64,000 bases of DNA from Candidatus Bathyarchaeota archaeon (lineage in GTDB: Archaea > Thermoproteota > Bathyarchaeia > Bathyarchaeales > Bathycorpusculaceae). A program made the position numbers and the translations under genes. Under the pieces are notes generated by a model, which was not told the origin of the DNA, searched no databases, and saw nothing but the letters and a program-made list of their open reading frames with translations. The DNA is taken from assembly GCA_963780185.1 (NCBI GenBank), contig CAWABA010000006.1, forward strand, positions 448,001-512,000, given 5' to 3'. Below are positions 20,094-31,106 of the stretch, piece by piece. Positions within the stretch are counted from its first letter, which is position 1; every line of letters starts with the position of its first letter.

Positions 20094-21941
20094 ATGAAGA
20101 GAGAAATCATCAAAACCTTGGCGTTAATCACAATTTTATTAGCCGTCGCAGGGATAGCCAGCATTCAAATGGGCAAAGCCGAGAAAACTTTGACTGTTCC
20201 TGACCAATACCCAACTATAGGTGCAGCCGTCAAAGCAGCCTCCGCAGGCGACACCATCCTCGTCGAAAGCGGAGTTTACCGTGAAAACGTCCAAATCGAC
20301 AAGTCTTTAACGCTTGAGGGGCAAAGCAGCACCAACACGACCATAATCGGGAGCGGCGGCTCGGCTCCGACTGCGGTGCTGGTTTTAGCGGCGAATAACG
20401 TGAAAGTCTCAGGCTTCACCGTTGAAAGCCTCAACTACACAAAAACCACCAGCTACGCCTACGGCATCTGGGTTGACGCAAACAACTGCACCATAGAAGG
20501 CAACATCATCGAACACACGTACACAGGCATCTTCTGCTCCACCCAAGCCCACACAACCATCACAGACAACACCGTGAAGGCAAGCCTCAAAAACGGCATC
20601 TGCTTCTACGGCGGCAGCCAAAACACTGTTTCCGACAACACCGTTATTGGAAACGCGGTTTCAGGCGTCGAAATGGCCGGTTACTCAAACACAATTTCAA
20701 ACAACGACATTGAAGGCAACGGTCGAGGCGTCGGTTTAGGCTCGTCTTACTCAGTGCTTTTCGGCAACAACATTCAAGGCAACACTGAATCAGGCGTCTT
20801 TCTTGCTGGGCTCCAAAAACATCATTTCAGAAAACAACATTTCAAACAGCAAGTACGGGGTTTTCGTCACGTTGCAGCTGACTGCCCCGCTTGGAAACAA
20901 AATATTACCACAACAACTTCGAAAACAACTTACACAACGCTTTTGACAACTCTTCAGCCATGATTGAAGCTTGGGACAACGGAGCCAAGTCTGGCGGAAA
21001 CTACTGGAGCGACTACCTCACAAAGTACCCTAACGCTGCGCAGGCAGGTTCATCAGGATTCGGGAACACGGCATACGTGATTAACGCTAACAACAAAGAT
21101 AATTTTCCGTTGATGTCCCCCTTCAGCTTGCAGAACCTTGGCAACCCGCCCGAGGCAATCGCCGCGCCGCACGGCAAAGCCCAACAGCGTCGTTGCCTCC
21201 TGGTCCTTTGACACAGTGGAGCCAAGCCTTGTGTCGCCTGATTCAACAGGAAACAACCCCGCCATCTTAGGGTCAGAAACACCCGTTTACAATAACACGC
21301 CTTCGCTGGTTCAAGGCAAATTAGGTATGGCGTTGAACTTCACTGGGAACGTCTTTGCAACCGTGGTTCCTTCGGAAAGCCTTCTTACCCCAAACGAAGT
21401 AACCGTGGACGCATGGGTTAACGTTCAAGCAATAAAAGCAGGCGTAGCATACAACAACATCTACATCGAAGCCGTCCGAACCACCGCAGCCTTACCGACC
21501 AGAATCCTGGGGCTCGCCGTTAACGGTCAAACGCCGCAAAACTCAAGTAGTCCTCAAGTTGGCGCGCTCCGCGGCTACGTCGTTACACCCAGCGGCTTAA
21601 ACGAGATTGACACCGTGGCGGTGCTTCCGAACGATACATGGGTCCATGTGGTTTTCACCCGCAGCGCAACCTCTGGAATGCACATATACATCAACGGCAA
21701 AGAACAAGCCGTAACAGTCGCCTCTGGAACGGCAAACCCGACGGGACCAGTACCGAACCCAACCGACATCTACATCGGGCACGACTCAAAAACCGAAATT
21801 GAAAACCTGCAAATCAGCAACACCGCAACCCAGCAAACCGAGCCTCTGTGGATGCAATGGTGGCTTTGGGCAATCGTCATCGCTGCAGCTTTGGCAAGCG
21901 GCTTGATAATCTACAGCAAAAGCTTCAAGAAAAACAGCTAA
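20094..21941 (+). CDS. Surface protein: NosD-like beta-helix + LamG-like domain + C-terminal TM (frameshifts near 20808, 20905, 21170)
   Basis: VPDQYPTI, GVYRENV, N-rich beta-helix repeats, GGNYWSDY, then WSFD...TVDAWV...WVHVVFT...IYING. Confidence 0.85.
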
Positions 21942-21988
21942 CGCGACAGATCAATGCCCAATCGCTTTTACGCAAAAATGAAGGGAAA

Positions 21989-23263
21989 CTATGAAGATAA
22001 TTTGCCGATTGATACTTGCACGGTTTGCGTTTGTCCGTCTCGCACAACCGAGAAGTTGACGGTTTGTCCTGGCAGCGTGTTTCGTTCGAGGTAGGAGAGG
22101 AGGGAGTCTGTGTTAGTTATTGGGGTTCCGTTGATGCCGACTATGATGTCGCCGCCGACGAGGTAGTTTTGACCCAGAATCGTTACTTGACTTGTGCCGC
22201 CTTTAAGGCCGTTCTGTGTTGAAACGCTTTCAACAAGATAACCGTATGTTACGTCGGTGTGCATTGCTTGGGCAAGCTGATAGGTCATGTCTGTTCCCTC
22301 TGTGTCGATGGAGGGGTGATTACTGTATGTGCCTGTTGATACGATAGAGCTGAGTTCCCGCATGATGGTGGCGGATGGAATTGCGAAGCCTAACCCATTT
22401 GAGCTGCTGACAGCCGCCGTGGTTATGCCGACGACTTCGCCGGCGTAATCAAGAAGTGGACCACCCGAGTTGCCTGGGTTAATGGCGGTGCTTGTTTGGA
22501 TGGTGTCTGAGATTGTTGGACCCGCGCTGCCGTCATTTTCAGTTTCTTGGAGGGTTCTTTCCAACGAGCTGATGACGCCCGTGGTTAAGGTGCCCTGTAA
22601 CCCGTAGGGTGAGCCGACTGCGACGACTGGTTGACCAACCTGCAAGCCGTTAGAGCTCACAAGGGTTAGAGGGGTTAAGCCGCTTGGCATCGGGGTGATG
22701 GTGAGAACTGCAATGTCTGCTTGGGCGTCGGAGCCTATCTCTGTGCTAGAATAAGCTGCTCCGTTGGCGAAGGTTATTGTTATGTTGATAGCGCCGTTGA
22801 CGACATGGTTGTTGGTGACTATGACGAGTTGGTTGTTGACTGCGGTTACGAAGCCTGAGCCTTGCTGCTCGGAGTAGGTCTCACCAAAGAAGCTTTGGCT
22901 TAGTACAATGTCTTGTATGACTACAACGGATGACTTAACCTGAGCGTAAAGCGTGGACAGCGAAGAGTTGGTGCCAGTAATGAAGGTGGCGTTCGGGTAA
23001 GTGTTGTATGTGTTCCCTGAAGTATTTGACGCCAACTGGTTTTCAATGTTAGTTAGTTTGCTGTTGAAAGAGGAGTAGCTCAATGCATAGCCGACAAAGC
23101 CACCTGCAACCAAACCCACAAGCAGAAGCGCAACAATAACTACCGCGGAAATGCGTTTCTTTTTCGGTTCCCGTGGACTTTCACGGGGCTGTTCAGGAGG
23201 TTGCGGCGCCGGCGGCGCAGTAGGAGGAATCTGGGGAATTTGAGGGATTGACGGGGTTTCCAT
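21989..23263 (-). CDS. HtrA-like membrane-anchored serine protease with PDZ
   Basis: TNNHV, DIAVL, GNSGGPL catalytic triad; C-terminal PDZ GDIIVGING. Confidence 0.95.
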   Translation of the reverse strand: METPSIPQIPQIPPTAPPAPQPPEQPRESPREPKKKRISAVVIVALLLVGLVAGGFVGYALSYSSFNSKLTNIENQLASNTSGNTYNTYPNATFITGTNSSLSTLYAQVKSSVVVIQDIVLSQSFFGETYSEQQGSGFVTAVNNQLVIVTNNHVVNGAINITITFANGAAYSSTEIGSDAQADIAVLTITPMPSGLTPLTLVSSNGLQVGQPVVAVGSPYGLQGTLTTGVISSLERTLQETENDGSAGPTISDTIQTSTAINPGNSGGPLLDYAGEVVGITTAAVSSSNGLGFAIPSATIMRELSSIVSTGTYSNHPSIDTEGTDMTYQLAQAMHTDVTYGYLVESVSTQNGLKGGTSQVTILGQNYLVGGDIIVGINGTPITNTDSLLSYLERNTLPGQTVNFSVVRDGQTQTVQVSIGKLSS

Positions 23264-23321
23264 AAAGAGACCTTCTTATCAGCTTAAAAATAAAGGGTTT
23301 TGCTAGGCGGGGTATTTTGGA

Positions 23322-24125
23322 TCAGAATGCTTCGTCACTTGAGTAGATTGGTTTTTGGCAGCTGGGACATTTGTCGTCGCTTAGCTTAATTGCCGCTCCG
23401 CAGGCTGGGCATACAAGTTTCTTTTTCATTGCGTGCATGCCTTGTTTTTCCTTGATTATTTTACCGTCTTTTAGAAGCAGCAATCGTTCCGTATGGTGGG
23501 CGGCCTCACCGTCATGGGTAACCATGATTATGGTTGTGCCTTGCGTCACGTTGAGGTTTGCGAGCAGCTTGATGATTCCCTGTTTGTTTTGGCTATCCAA
23601 GTTTCCTGTAGGCTCGTCAGCTAAGATTATAGCGGGGTCGTTGGCTAAGGCACGGGCGATGGCTACTCGTTGCTGTTCGCCTGCGCTGAGCTTTTGTGGT
23701 CGGTGTTCTTCCCTTCCTGAAAGACCAACCGTAGCCAAGAGTTCGCTTGCTCTTTTCCTTCGATCAGCCTTAGACGTGATTTTGCCTTCCATCGGTAACT
23801 CCACGTTTTCCCTTGCGTTTAGATACGGTAGCAGGTTGAAAGTTTGAAACACGAAACCCATTTTGTCCCGTCTTATCTTGTAAAGATCGTTTTCTGGCAT
23901 GTCGGTTACGTCTACGCCGTCCAGGATAATCCTGCCGCTAGTCGGTTTGTCTATGCAGCCTATGACGTTTAGCAGTGTTGTTTTGCCTGAGCCTGATGGA
24001 CCCATGATTGCGACGAATTCTCCAGCAGTCACCGTTAGATTCAGGTTGGACAAAGCTGGCACGGTACGTTTGCCCAGCGTGTAGGTTTTGCCGAGTTTTT
24101 CTAGTTGAAGTACTGGTTTACTCAT
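23322..24125 (-). CDS. LolD/MacB-type ABC ATPase with C-terminal zinc ribbon
   Basis: GPSGSGKT, LSAGEQQR, DEPTGNLD; tail CPACG...CPSCQ. Confidence 0.95.
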   Translation of the reverse strand: MSKPVLQLEKLGKTYTLGKRTVPALSNLNLTVTAGEFVAIMGPSGSGKTTLLNVIGCIDKPTSGRIILDGVDVTDMPENDLYKIRRDKMGFVFQTFNLLPYLNARENVELPMEGKITSKADRRKRASELLATVGLSGREEHRPQKLSAGEQQRVAIARALANDPAIILADEPTGNLDSQNKQGIIKLLANLNVTQGTTIIMVTHDGEAAHHTERLLLLKDGKIIKEKQGMHAMKKKLVCPACGAAIKLSDDKCPSCQKPIYSSDEAF

Positions 24126-25560
24126 ATTTCATTGCCTCTGCAGGTTTTATCTTTGATGCTCTCCAAGCTGGATACAGACTGCCTAATGTGCCAAGGAGTA
24201 GAGCTACACCTAAGCCCATGAGTATAAGCTCAGGACTAACTGAAACGGAAGTTGCCGCTCCAGCTAAAGTTGATCCTCCGAAACCGGCGGCTCTGCCAAC
24301 GGTTGGAAGCAGATATGACGCAAGTTTTGGAGCAGCAACGACGCCTATTCCTATGCCGACTACTCCGGCAATCGCGCTTAAAAGCACGCCTTCAAGCATG
24401 AATTGCCCCATGACCGTGGAGTTGCTAAAGCCTATGGCTTTGAGCGTCCCGATTTCTTTCGTCCTTTCCCTTACAGTGTATAGCATGACGAAAAGTACTA
24501 TCAGGCTTGTCGCGGCAATCACCACTATGATTTCGTCGATCGCTGTAGAGTTTGTTGTTGCGAGAGAACTTTGGGCGTTAGTTACTGCTGAATTGCTGCC
24601 AGATGAATTGGATTCCAACGTACTTAGCTCTGCTTGGTTTGTTGACACTTGAAGCTCGGAATGAAGCGCGCTGATGGCACTTGACACGTTACTTACATCG
24701 CTTGTGCTCGCCGTGAAGACTTTGATACTGGTTATGTACCCTGTGTTGTTTGTTAATGTCTGCGCGTCGGAGAGGCTCATGTACAGCATTTCTGTGTCCT
24801 CAACTCCTGAGGGTTTGTAAATGCCCACTACATGGAAGCTAGTTCCCAGAATGGTTACCGTGCTGCCTACGCTTACTCCGAAGTATGCTGAGTTGTTCTC
24901 GCTTAGCAAGACGTCGCCTGTATCGCCTGCCTGCAGAGTCGTCCCGGAAACTATGTCAGTGGGTAATATCGGGTAGTTGTCAATGAGGTTTGAAGTTAAT
25001 GGCACACCTTCAATAATGTACTGGGTGTCCAAGGTAGTGAATGAATGGCCATTGAAGGAAACTGTTCGGTTTGTTCCTTCAGAAACTTGCAGTATTTGTT
25101 CCACAGCTGCAACTCCCGAGATTGAAGTGTTAATATCACTGTACAAGGTCTCGTTCATGGGATTCGCCTGACCTCCGCCAAATGCGCCACCCCCAAATTG
25201 ACCCGATACTGTACCGCCGCCGAAACCTCCGAAACCTCCGAGGCCACCGAATCCGCTAGATCCACTGGGTGGTGAACCACCGCCAGTAGATCCAGTGGTT
25301 GTGCCTGTGAATCCGTAGCCTCCGAAACCTGAGGCTAGGCTGCAGGTTATTTGATTTAGTGTTTGGTTGAGCGCTTGCTCTTGTTGTGTGATAGCACTGC
25401 CTAGATTATTGGTTATGTTGCTTTCCGCATGCTGGTTGGCTAAAACGCCTGCTGGAATCGAAATCAGAATTGCTAAGGAAAATCCTAATGCAATAATCAC
25501 TAGTAACGCACGTGTTTTCCGTCGAGATATATTTCTCACGGCTCTATTTAATATTCCCAA
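24118..25560 (-). CDS. MacB/FtsX-type ABC permease
   Basis: RNISRRKTR, ERTKEIGTLKAIG, YPAWRASKIKPAEA; Gly-rich extracellular domain. Confidence 0.95.
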   Translation of the reverse strand: MGILNRAVRNISRRKTRALLVIIALGFSLAILISIPAGVLANQHAESNITNNLGSAITQQEQALNQTLNQITCSLASGFGGYGFTGTTTGSTGGGSPPSGSSGFGGLGGFGGFGGGTVSGQFGGGAFGGGQANPMNETLYSDINTSISGVAAVEQILQVSEGTNRTVSFNGHSFTTLDTQYIIEGVPLTSNLIDNYPILPTDIVSGTTLQAGDTGDVLLSENNSAYFGVSVGSTVTILGTSFHVVGIYKPSGVEDTEMLYMSLSDAQTLTNNTGYITSIKVFTASTSDVSNVSSAISALHSELQVSTNQAELSTLESNSSGSNSAVTNAQSSLATTNSTAIDEIIVVIAATSLIVLFVMLYTVRERTKEIGTLKAIGFSNSTVMGQFMLEGVLLSAIAGVVGIGIGVVAAPKLASYLLPTVGRAAGFGGSTLAGAATSVSVSPELILMGLGVALLLGTLGSLYPAWRASKIKPAEAMKYE

Positions 25561-25839
25561 TCTTTTGCACCTTTAAGTTATATATTTTAAGGCAGTCAGA
25601 GGGAGAACGAAGGGGTATTTTTGGGCAGTTAATTTGGGCTTCTGGCCTTTGTTTTCCATTCTCTTTTCTGACTGCCTTCTCGAGAGTACGGTTTTTGAGT
25701 ATTAAACAATTTTTCAGAATATCACCCAAATCTCACCCAATTCACGTTTTTGATTGAAAACAACTGGAATATTGGATTTGTAGAAAAGTTTTTTGAAGCG
25801 TTTTGTTTTAAGCCGATTAGCAGGTTTAGTCGATGGAGT

Positions 25840-26105
25840 TATGCAATAGCTCGTTTGAATAATGAGAAACTTAACGGTACAACAATTAATGCAAGAGCAA
25901 TCATTATCATGATAATAACGGTCAGGGCAGCGGCTTCTTTCCTTTGATTTTTATCTATCAGCGTCTTAACATTGAAACCAGCGTAAGCCAAAACACATGC
26001 AAGCAAGAACAAAGACTACAGCAAGATAAAGCCAGCAAAAACGTACGCCTCAAGCATCAGAGCCAGCAGCACAAACAAAAGCCAGGCAACCAACAGATAG
26101 AGAAG
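25840..26105 (-). pseudogene. Disrupted small membrane-protein gene
   Basis: Hand translation LLYLLVAWLLFVLLALMLEAYVFAGFILL*SLFLLACVLAYAGF...ALTVIIMIMIALALIVVPL; in-frame TAG 26016-26018; no clean start; boundaries approximate. Confidence 0.4.
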
Positions 26106-26466
26106 CTATTGTTAGCGGTTTTTGCATATTGTTTATTCTGTTTGGTGCAAATATAATTTCCTTGGATAGCCGCTCCATTTCTTTTTTAACCCTTATTGAA
26201 ACGCTCGTTTAAAATTCAGGTCAAATCAAAAGTCTCAACAAGTTTTAGCTCCAAAAAAAGAGCGGAAATTGTTTATTTTAGTTTTCGTTTTCACCTCCTG
26301 CTCCAAGTGGACAGAACAATCGTAAATAATTAAGGGGTTTTTCTAAATTAAACCCAGATTTAGACCCAATTTTAGCCTAATAGCAGAAACGTTCGGCCTA
26401 GAAAGACATGTTTATTACTTGATTCAGATTTAGGTTTCAACAACCTCTTCAGCAGGAAACCCTTCA

Positions 26467-26769
26467 ATGACTGTAAATGCTCGCTCGCTAAAATACTTGT
26501 TAGGATGGCTTATCGCAGGGACGCGAGGCGGTCCTACCCGAGCGAAGATAATTGAGTCCCTGAGGGAAACCCCGCAGAACGCGAATCAACTGGCTATTTC
26601 GTTGCAGATGGATTACAAGACGATGCGGCATCACCTTGATGTTTTAGAGAAAAACAAGATGATCACTTCAGTCGGCGACAGATACGGCGCCACCTACTTT
26701 TTGTCTCAAGTACTAGAAGACAACTACGCCTTGTTTGAGGAGATTATGAAGAAAATCGGGAAAAAGTAG
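26467..26769 (+). CDS. ArsR-like winged-helix regulator
   Basis: GTRGGPTRAKII...NANQLA...DYKTMRHHLDVLE; paralog of 36889-37218. Confidence 0.9.
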   Translation: MTVNARSLKYLLGWLIAGTRGGPTRAKIIESLRETPQNANQLAISLQMDYKTMRHHLDVLEKNKMITSVGDRYGATYFLSQVLEDNYALFEEIMKKIGKK

Positions 26770-26788
26770 AAAAAGGGGAAATAAGAAC

Positions 26789-27235
26789 ATGGAAAAACAA
26801 ATGAATAGAAGATTAAAGCTTGGCTTGATAGTCGTGATTTTGGCGATTGTTGCCGTGATTGCGACGGTTTGGGCGTTATTATTTATTCAACAGAATATTG
26901 CCTTCTTCGAAAGACGAGTCACTACGCCAGGCTTCGTTTCAGGCGACTTCGAGCTTTTCTACTTAGTAAACACTATAATCTCCACAATCAACATCGCCCT
27001 ACTGGTTTTCCTGATATTAATTTACGTTAACATTTACGTCAAAACTCGTTCGCCATTCACTGTGGGGCTGGTAATTTTCGCGTTTGTCTTCCTCGTCAGA
27101 GAATTAATATCAAACCCGTTTGTAACGGCAATATACGGCTTTAGAGCATACGGGCTTGGGCCATTCGTGTTTCTGCCAGGCGTATTTGAATTCGTCGCCT
27201 TAACCGTGCTATTGTACCTAAGTGTAAAGTACTAG
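26789..27235 (+). CDS. 4-TM membrane protein co-transcribed with the wHTH gene
   Basis: Hydrophobic; KTRSPFTVGLVIFA; 19 bp after the regulator. Confidence 0.8.
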   Translation: MEKQMNRRLKLGLIVVILAIVAVIATVWALLFIQQNIAFFERRVTTPGFVSGDFELFYLVNTIISTINIALLVFLILIYVNIYVKTRSPFTVGLVIFAFVFLVRELISNPFVTAIYGFRAYGLGPFVFLPGVFEFVALTVLLYLSVKY

Positions 27236-27367
27236 GAAAACCGTGCAGCGGAAAAATCCTTGCCCTTTTACAGCTAAGGAAGCATCTTCAGCTGCCACTT
27301 AGGGTCGAATTTGGAAAAAATTATTAATCAGGCGCGCACAGATGATAAAGAAAACGGGAAGATAACC

Positions 27368-28003
27368 ATGAGTCAAGACAGTAGCTCAAATGTTTTACCC
27401 TTGCCGCCTCCGCCGTCAGCGGAAAAAAGAAGCATGAAAGTTGTTGCTTTAGCGGTGGTTTGTATTGTTCTTGCCGCTAGCCTGGTCGGTGTGTTTGCGG
27501 TTTATCAGCCGACTAGTCTGCAAGCGCAAGTAAAAGACAAAAATAACCAAATTGCAGATTTGAATACGCAAGTGGCGAATCTTACAAGCCAGTTGACTTC
27601 AGCGAACGACGACAAAGCAACGCTTCAAAACCAGAATTCGGTACTAACAACTGAGGTGGAAAATCTGACTGGCCAAGTGAATTCGGCTCAAAGCATTTTG
27701 ACAATGCAGTCCTCTGAAGCCCTAGTTAGCTCAACCTCGGTGACTACAGCAAACTACACCGATGTTTTTGACCACACAGTCGCCTACTCGGGATACGTGG
27801 TGGTTCAAGCAACCTCAAACTCAACCACAACCTACGTGCAGACAATCTACACCGTCTCCGGCGTCAACTACAACCAGAACGTAACAGTAGGAAAATCGGG
27901 AACCGCAGCGTTTCCAGTGCTACCGACAACTGTGGAAATAAGAGTTGGAACCACCGACAAGCTTGTAGACGCTGTAACAGTAACGATAACTTACTATTAC
28001 TAG
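27368..28003 (+). CDS. Membrane-anchored coiled-coil + beta-domain protein
   Basis: Pro-rich start, TM, heptads (IADLNTQVANLTSQL), beta-rich C-terminus; likely start ATG 27368. Confidence 0.75.
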   Translation: MSQDSSSNVLPLPPPPSAEKRSMKVVALAVVCIVLAASLVGVFAVYQPTSLQAQVKDKNNQIADLNTQVANLTSQLTSANDDKATLQNQNSVLTTEVENLTGQVNSAQSILTMQSSEALVSSTSVTTANYTDVFDHTVAYSGYVVVQATSNSTTTYVQTIYTVSGVNYNQNVTVGKSGTAAFPVLPTTVEIRVGTTDKLVDAVTVTITYYY

Positions 28004-28156
28004 CCACTTTTTTGGCTATTATCCGCACCTACTCTTTTTTAGGTCGCCCCAACAAAACATTCTCCAAACGGGTAGATGCAGAAGCAAAAAACACGTTAAT
28101 CTAACCAAGTTTTTTTAACTGACTCACACTAATTAACACGGGGAAACCTGCGGTCG

Positions 28157-29161
28157 ATGGAGCCTAAAAAAAGAAAACTCTTAACAGTCATCCTCATAGC
28201 GGTCGCGTTGAACGTTTTTACTTTCGCCTTTGCTTTCCCGCAGGCCTTCCAATTGCCCAAATCAGAAGGCTTCGCAAGGGATTTTTCAGCCTACTACATT
28301 GGAGAATGGCGGCTAGTTCATAACCCGACGCAAATCTACTACGGCGGCATTATAGCGAAGGATTTTCCGATTCTTCCGAGACCGCAAACCTTCAAGTACA
28401 CACCTTCCTTTTTGGTTCTTTTCGCGCCTTTCCTTGCCTTGAGCTACACGAACGCCCTCGCCGTCTTCGACATACTCCAATTCGCCCTAATTGCAGCTTT
28501 GGCTTTCTTCGTCTACAAACTTGTCAAAGACAAGAACTTAGTTCTCGCCTCAGTCGCCTCGGTGATTGTTTTAGTTGATCCGCTTCCTACGCTTTCACTT
28601 CGCTACGCGGCACACAACTTTCTGGACATCCATGTGGACAACTTTGGCTTAGCGGTTTTTTCACCAGGATACTTCTGCGGGTACATGCTGGGAAATGCCC
28701 ATGTCCTCCAAACAATCCTCCTCGTAGGCGCGCTCTATTTCGGGTACACAAAAAAACCGTGGCTCTCCGCGTTGCTTTTCACTTTCGGCTCCTTCGACCC
28801 GCGAGCTGCCATCCTGGCGTTGCCGCTGCTAATCTGGTATAACAGGCATTCGTTAACAAGATTCGTCGCGGGGTCAGCTATTTTTTTGGCAGTTACAAAC
28901 GTGCCGTTTTTCTTTTACTACGGAATAGGCTTCACATTCATCCATGCTGAATTAAACGGCAACATCGCCATCCAGATGTACCCGTACGATTGGATCCCCA
29001 TCTATTCGATCGCCGCATTAACCATAATCGAAACAGCCAGCCAGCTTAGCAGACGAGGAGTCCACATTAATCTTCTGGCAACTCGGAAAAGAAAGAACGT
29101 GGAAACAGTGGAAACCATTAAAAATGGTTCAAGCCCCAAACAAAACCCGCCTTCCCGATAG
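28157..29161 (+). CDS. GT87/DUF2029-like integral membrane glycosyltransferase
   Basis: RDFSAYY and FKYTPSF motifs after first TM; multi-TM. Confidence 0.75.
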   Translation: MEPKKRKLLTVILIAVALNVFTFAFAFPQAFQLPKSEGFARDFSAYYIGEWRLVHNPTQIYYGGIIAKDFPILPRPQTFKYTPSFLVLFAPFLALSYTNALAVFDILQFALIAALAFFVYKLVKDKNLVLASVASVIVLVDPLPTLSLRYAAHNFLDIHVDNFGLAVFSPGYFCGYMLGNAHVLQTILLVGALYFGYTKKPWLSALLFTFGSFDPRAAILALPLLIWYNRHSLTRFVAGSAIFLAVTNVPFFFYYGIGFTFIHAELNGNIAIQMYPYDWIPIYSIAALTIIETASQLSRRGVHINLLATRKRKNVETVETIKNGSSPKQNPPSR

Positions 29162-29200
29162 GGGTACCTACTATTTCTGACGAAAAAACCAACACAAAAA
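29161..29200 (+). repeat. Repeat module 2, degenerate copy
   Basis: GGTACCTACTATTTCTGACG...CACAAAAA immediately after a stop, between convergent genes. Confidence 0.65.
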
Positions 29201-29246
29201 GCCAAAACCCAGACGCATCAGAGAAGTTGGGTTAGCTGTGGCTGCG

Positions 29247-30437
29247 TCATTCTTTGCGTATTACTTCGAAGTTGTGCGGGTCGCCTTTCAAAATCCCGAT
29301 AAGGTGAACAAAAGTGTTTAACGTTACTGTCACGTAGCTTAGCAACGCGCCGATTATGCCTTGTTTCCAGCCCATAGCTGTCCCGATGATGTATGCCCTC
29401 ATTCCAAGCCAGATAGCAAGCGAAGCCACGACTAGTGGAAACCATGGACCAGGTATAGAGATTATATGCAAGTAACTCAGCGGCAACCCCAGCATCCCGA
29501 TAAAGTAAAGCCACAAACCTGAGAACCCTAAAACCCCCAACCTCAGCCTATTCGACAACGGAAGCATTTTCTGGTTAATGAGCGTCCATTGCCCCCAGAA
29601 CCATCTTCGCCTCTGCTTCACAGCGTCCTCCATAGACAGAGGAGGCAGAATTAAGACGCGCTCTTCAGAATTGTAAATGTCGAAACCCAACGCGGCTGCT
29701 TTATGGAAGTAAAATGCGTCTTCGCTGCTTATCAGCTTCTCCTTCGGATTCTTCACAAAACTGCTAATGTCATACGAAACGTTCTGGTCAACCTTGCTGC
29801 TCATAACCGTTCCTTCACCGTGAGCCCACAGCGGCTGACCCAAATTGGTGAAGAAGTTGCAGAAGATGCCGCAGGACACGCAGCGTTCATAATCAATAAT
29901 TGTGCTCCAAACCCCAGCCACCTTAGGCGTGATTGTCCCGATCGAAATGTCCGCGTTAACCGTCAGGCTTTCCTTCACGAATCCAAAAGTGGGCATTGCG
30001 TCATCGTCTCCTTGAAGCAGCAAATAATTCATGCTTAACTCGCCGTCGGCAACCATCTTAACACGCAGCCTGCGAGCGTATTCCAGTGCCCGTGCCTTGT
30101 AGAGGTCTTCACATTCAAAATCTTTAGGCACAACAACAACCCTGTCGCATTTGTACTGGTCTTTATGGGTATCCCACTCCTCAATGACCACCCAAGTCTC
30201 CAAGGGAGCAGGAAGGTCGTAACCTTTGACGGTTTCAAAAGTTTTATTCACCGACTTAAAGTTTCCCACAGTGGGAATCTGAAAGATAATCTTCTCAATC
30301 TTCTTCTCAACAGGTCCCTTCTGCCGTATGAGATTGCTTCTGCGCCTTAGCTTGAAATATTTACCGAACAGCAAAACGAAAAGGTAAAAGAGCGGTGAAA
30401 GCCAAATTACGGAAATTACATAAACAAGTAGGTCCAT
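29247..30437 (-). CDS. GT2 glycosyltransferase, egghead-like
   Basis: KARALEY, GDDD, HGEG, SEDAFY, QRRRW; one N-terminal and three C-terminal TMs. Confidence 0.85.
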   Translation of the reverse strand: MDLLVYVISVIWLSPLFYLFVLLFGKYFKLRRRSNLIRQKGPVEKKIEKIIFQIPTVGNFKSVNKTFETVKGYDLPAPLETWVVIEEWDTHKDQYKCDRVVVVPKDFECEDLYKARALEYARRLRVKMVADGELSMNYLLLQGDDDAMPTFGFVKESLTVNADISIGTITPKVAGVWSTIIDYERCVSCGIFCNFFTNLGQPLWAHGEGTVMSSKVDQNVSYDISSFVKNPKEKLISSEDAFYFHKAAALGFDIYNSEERVLILPPLSMEDAVKQRRRWFWGQWTLINQKMLPLSNRLRLGVLGFSGLWLYFIGMLGLPLSYLHIISIPGPWFPLVVASLAIWLGMRAYIIGTAMGWKQGIIGALLSYVTVTLNTFVHLIGILKGDPHNFEVIRKE

Positions 30438-30866
30438 GCCGCCGTCAATCCTTACAAAAAGTTTCCGCGGCTACAAACCAAGCTGACGGATAATTCGCAC
30501 TATAATGTTGGCTAGACAAGTCAAGCCAACGCAACCGATCAGCAGAGTACACTACCCGAACAACCTCGATATTGGTTACAACCAGACTATTTATAAGTTC
30601 ATCGGAGAAGCGCCAAAACACGTTTAGCACATTTGGGCAAGCGCTCAAAAGAAACCCCACAGCTCCATCTTCAGCAAAGCCGGCACAAGAAGCCTTATCG
30701 AACGGGGCACAGGGAGAAAACACTCGACATCCAACGCCGCTCCCAAAGTTAAACCGCATCAAACCTACCCCAAACCTCTTGCCGATTACCGTCTATTTGA
30801 AAATCTGTTAAAAAGCTTTCTCAAACTTCCACCCAAATTCCCACCGAAGTTTCAAAGACGATTAGG

Positions 30867-30951
30867 CGCCGAGGATGGGATTCGAACCCATGCGGACTCG
30901 AGAGTCCACGGGCTCTCAAGGCCCGCGCGTTAACCACTCTGCCACCTCGGC
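30867..30951 (-). tRNA. tRNA-Ser(TGA)
   Basis: GCCGAGG acceptor, anticodon loop CTTGAGA, long variable arm, GGTTCGAATCC; no intron. Confidence 0.95.
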
Positions 30952-31106
30952 ACTGACAAGTCAACATTCTATTTCGCTCGCTCTTTAAATGTTTACCGAA
31001 CTGTCCCCAAATAATCTCTCACGCTATGGCTCTATTTAGCAAGAGATGACGGGTTAAGAGGTGCTTTGAGCAAAGTAATTAACCATCAAGTCCCACTATC
31101 GTTGGC

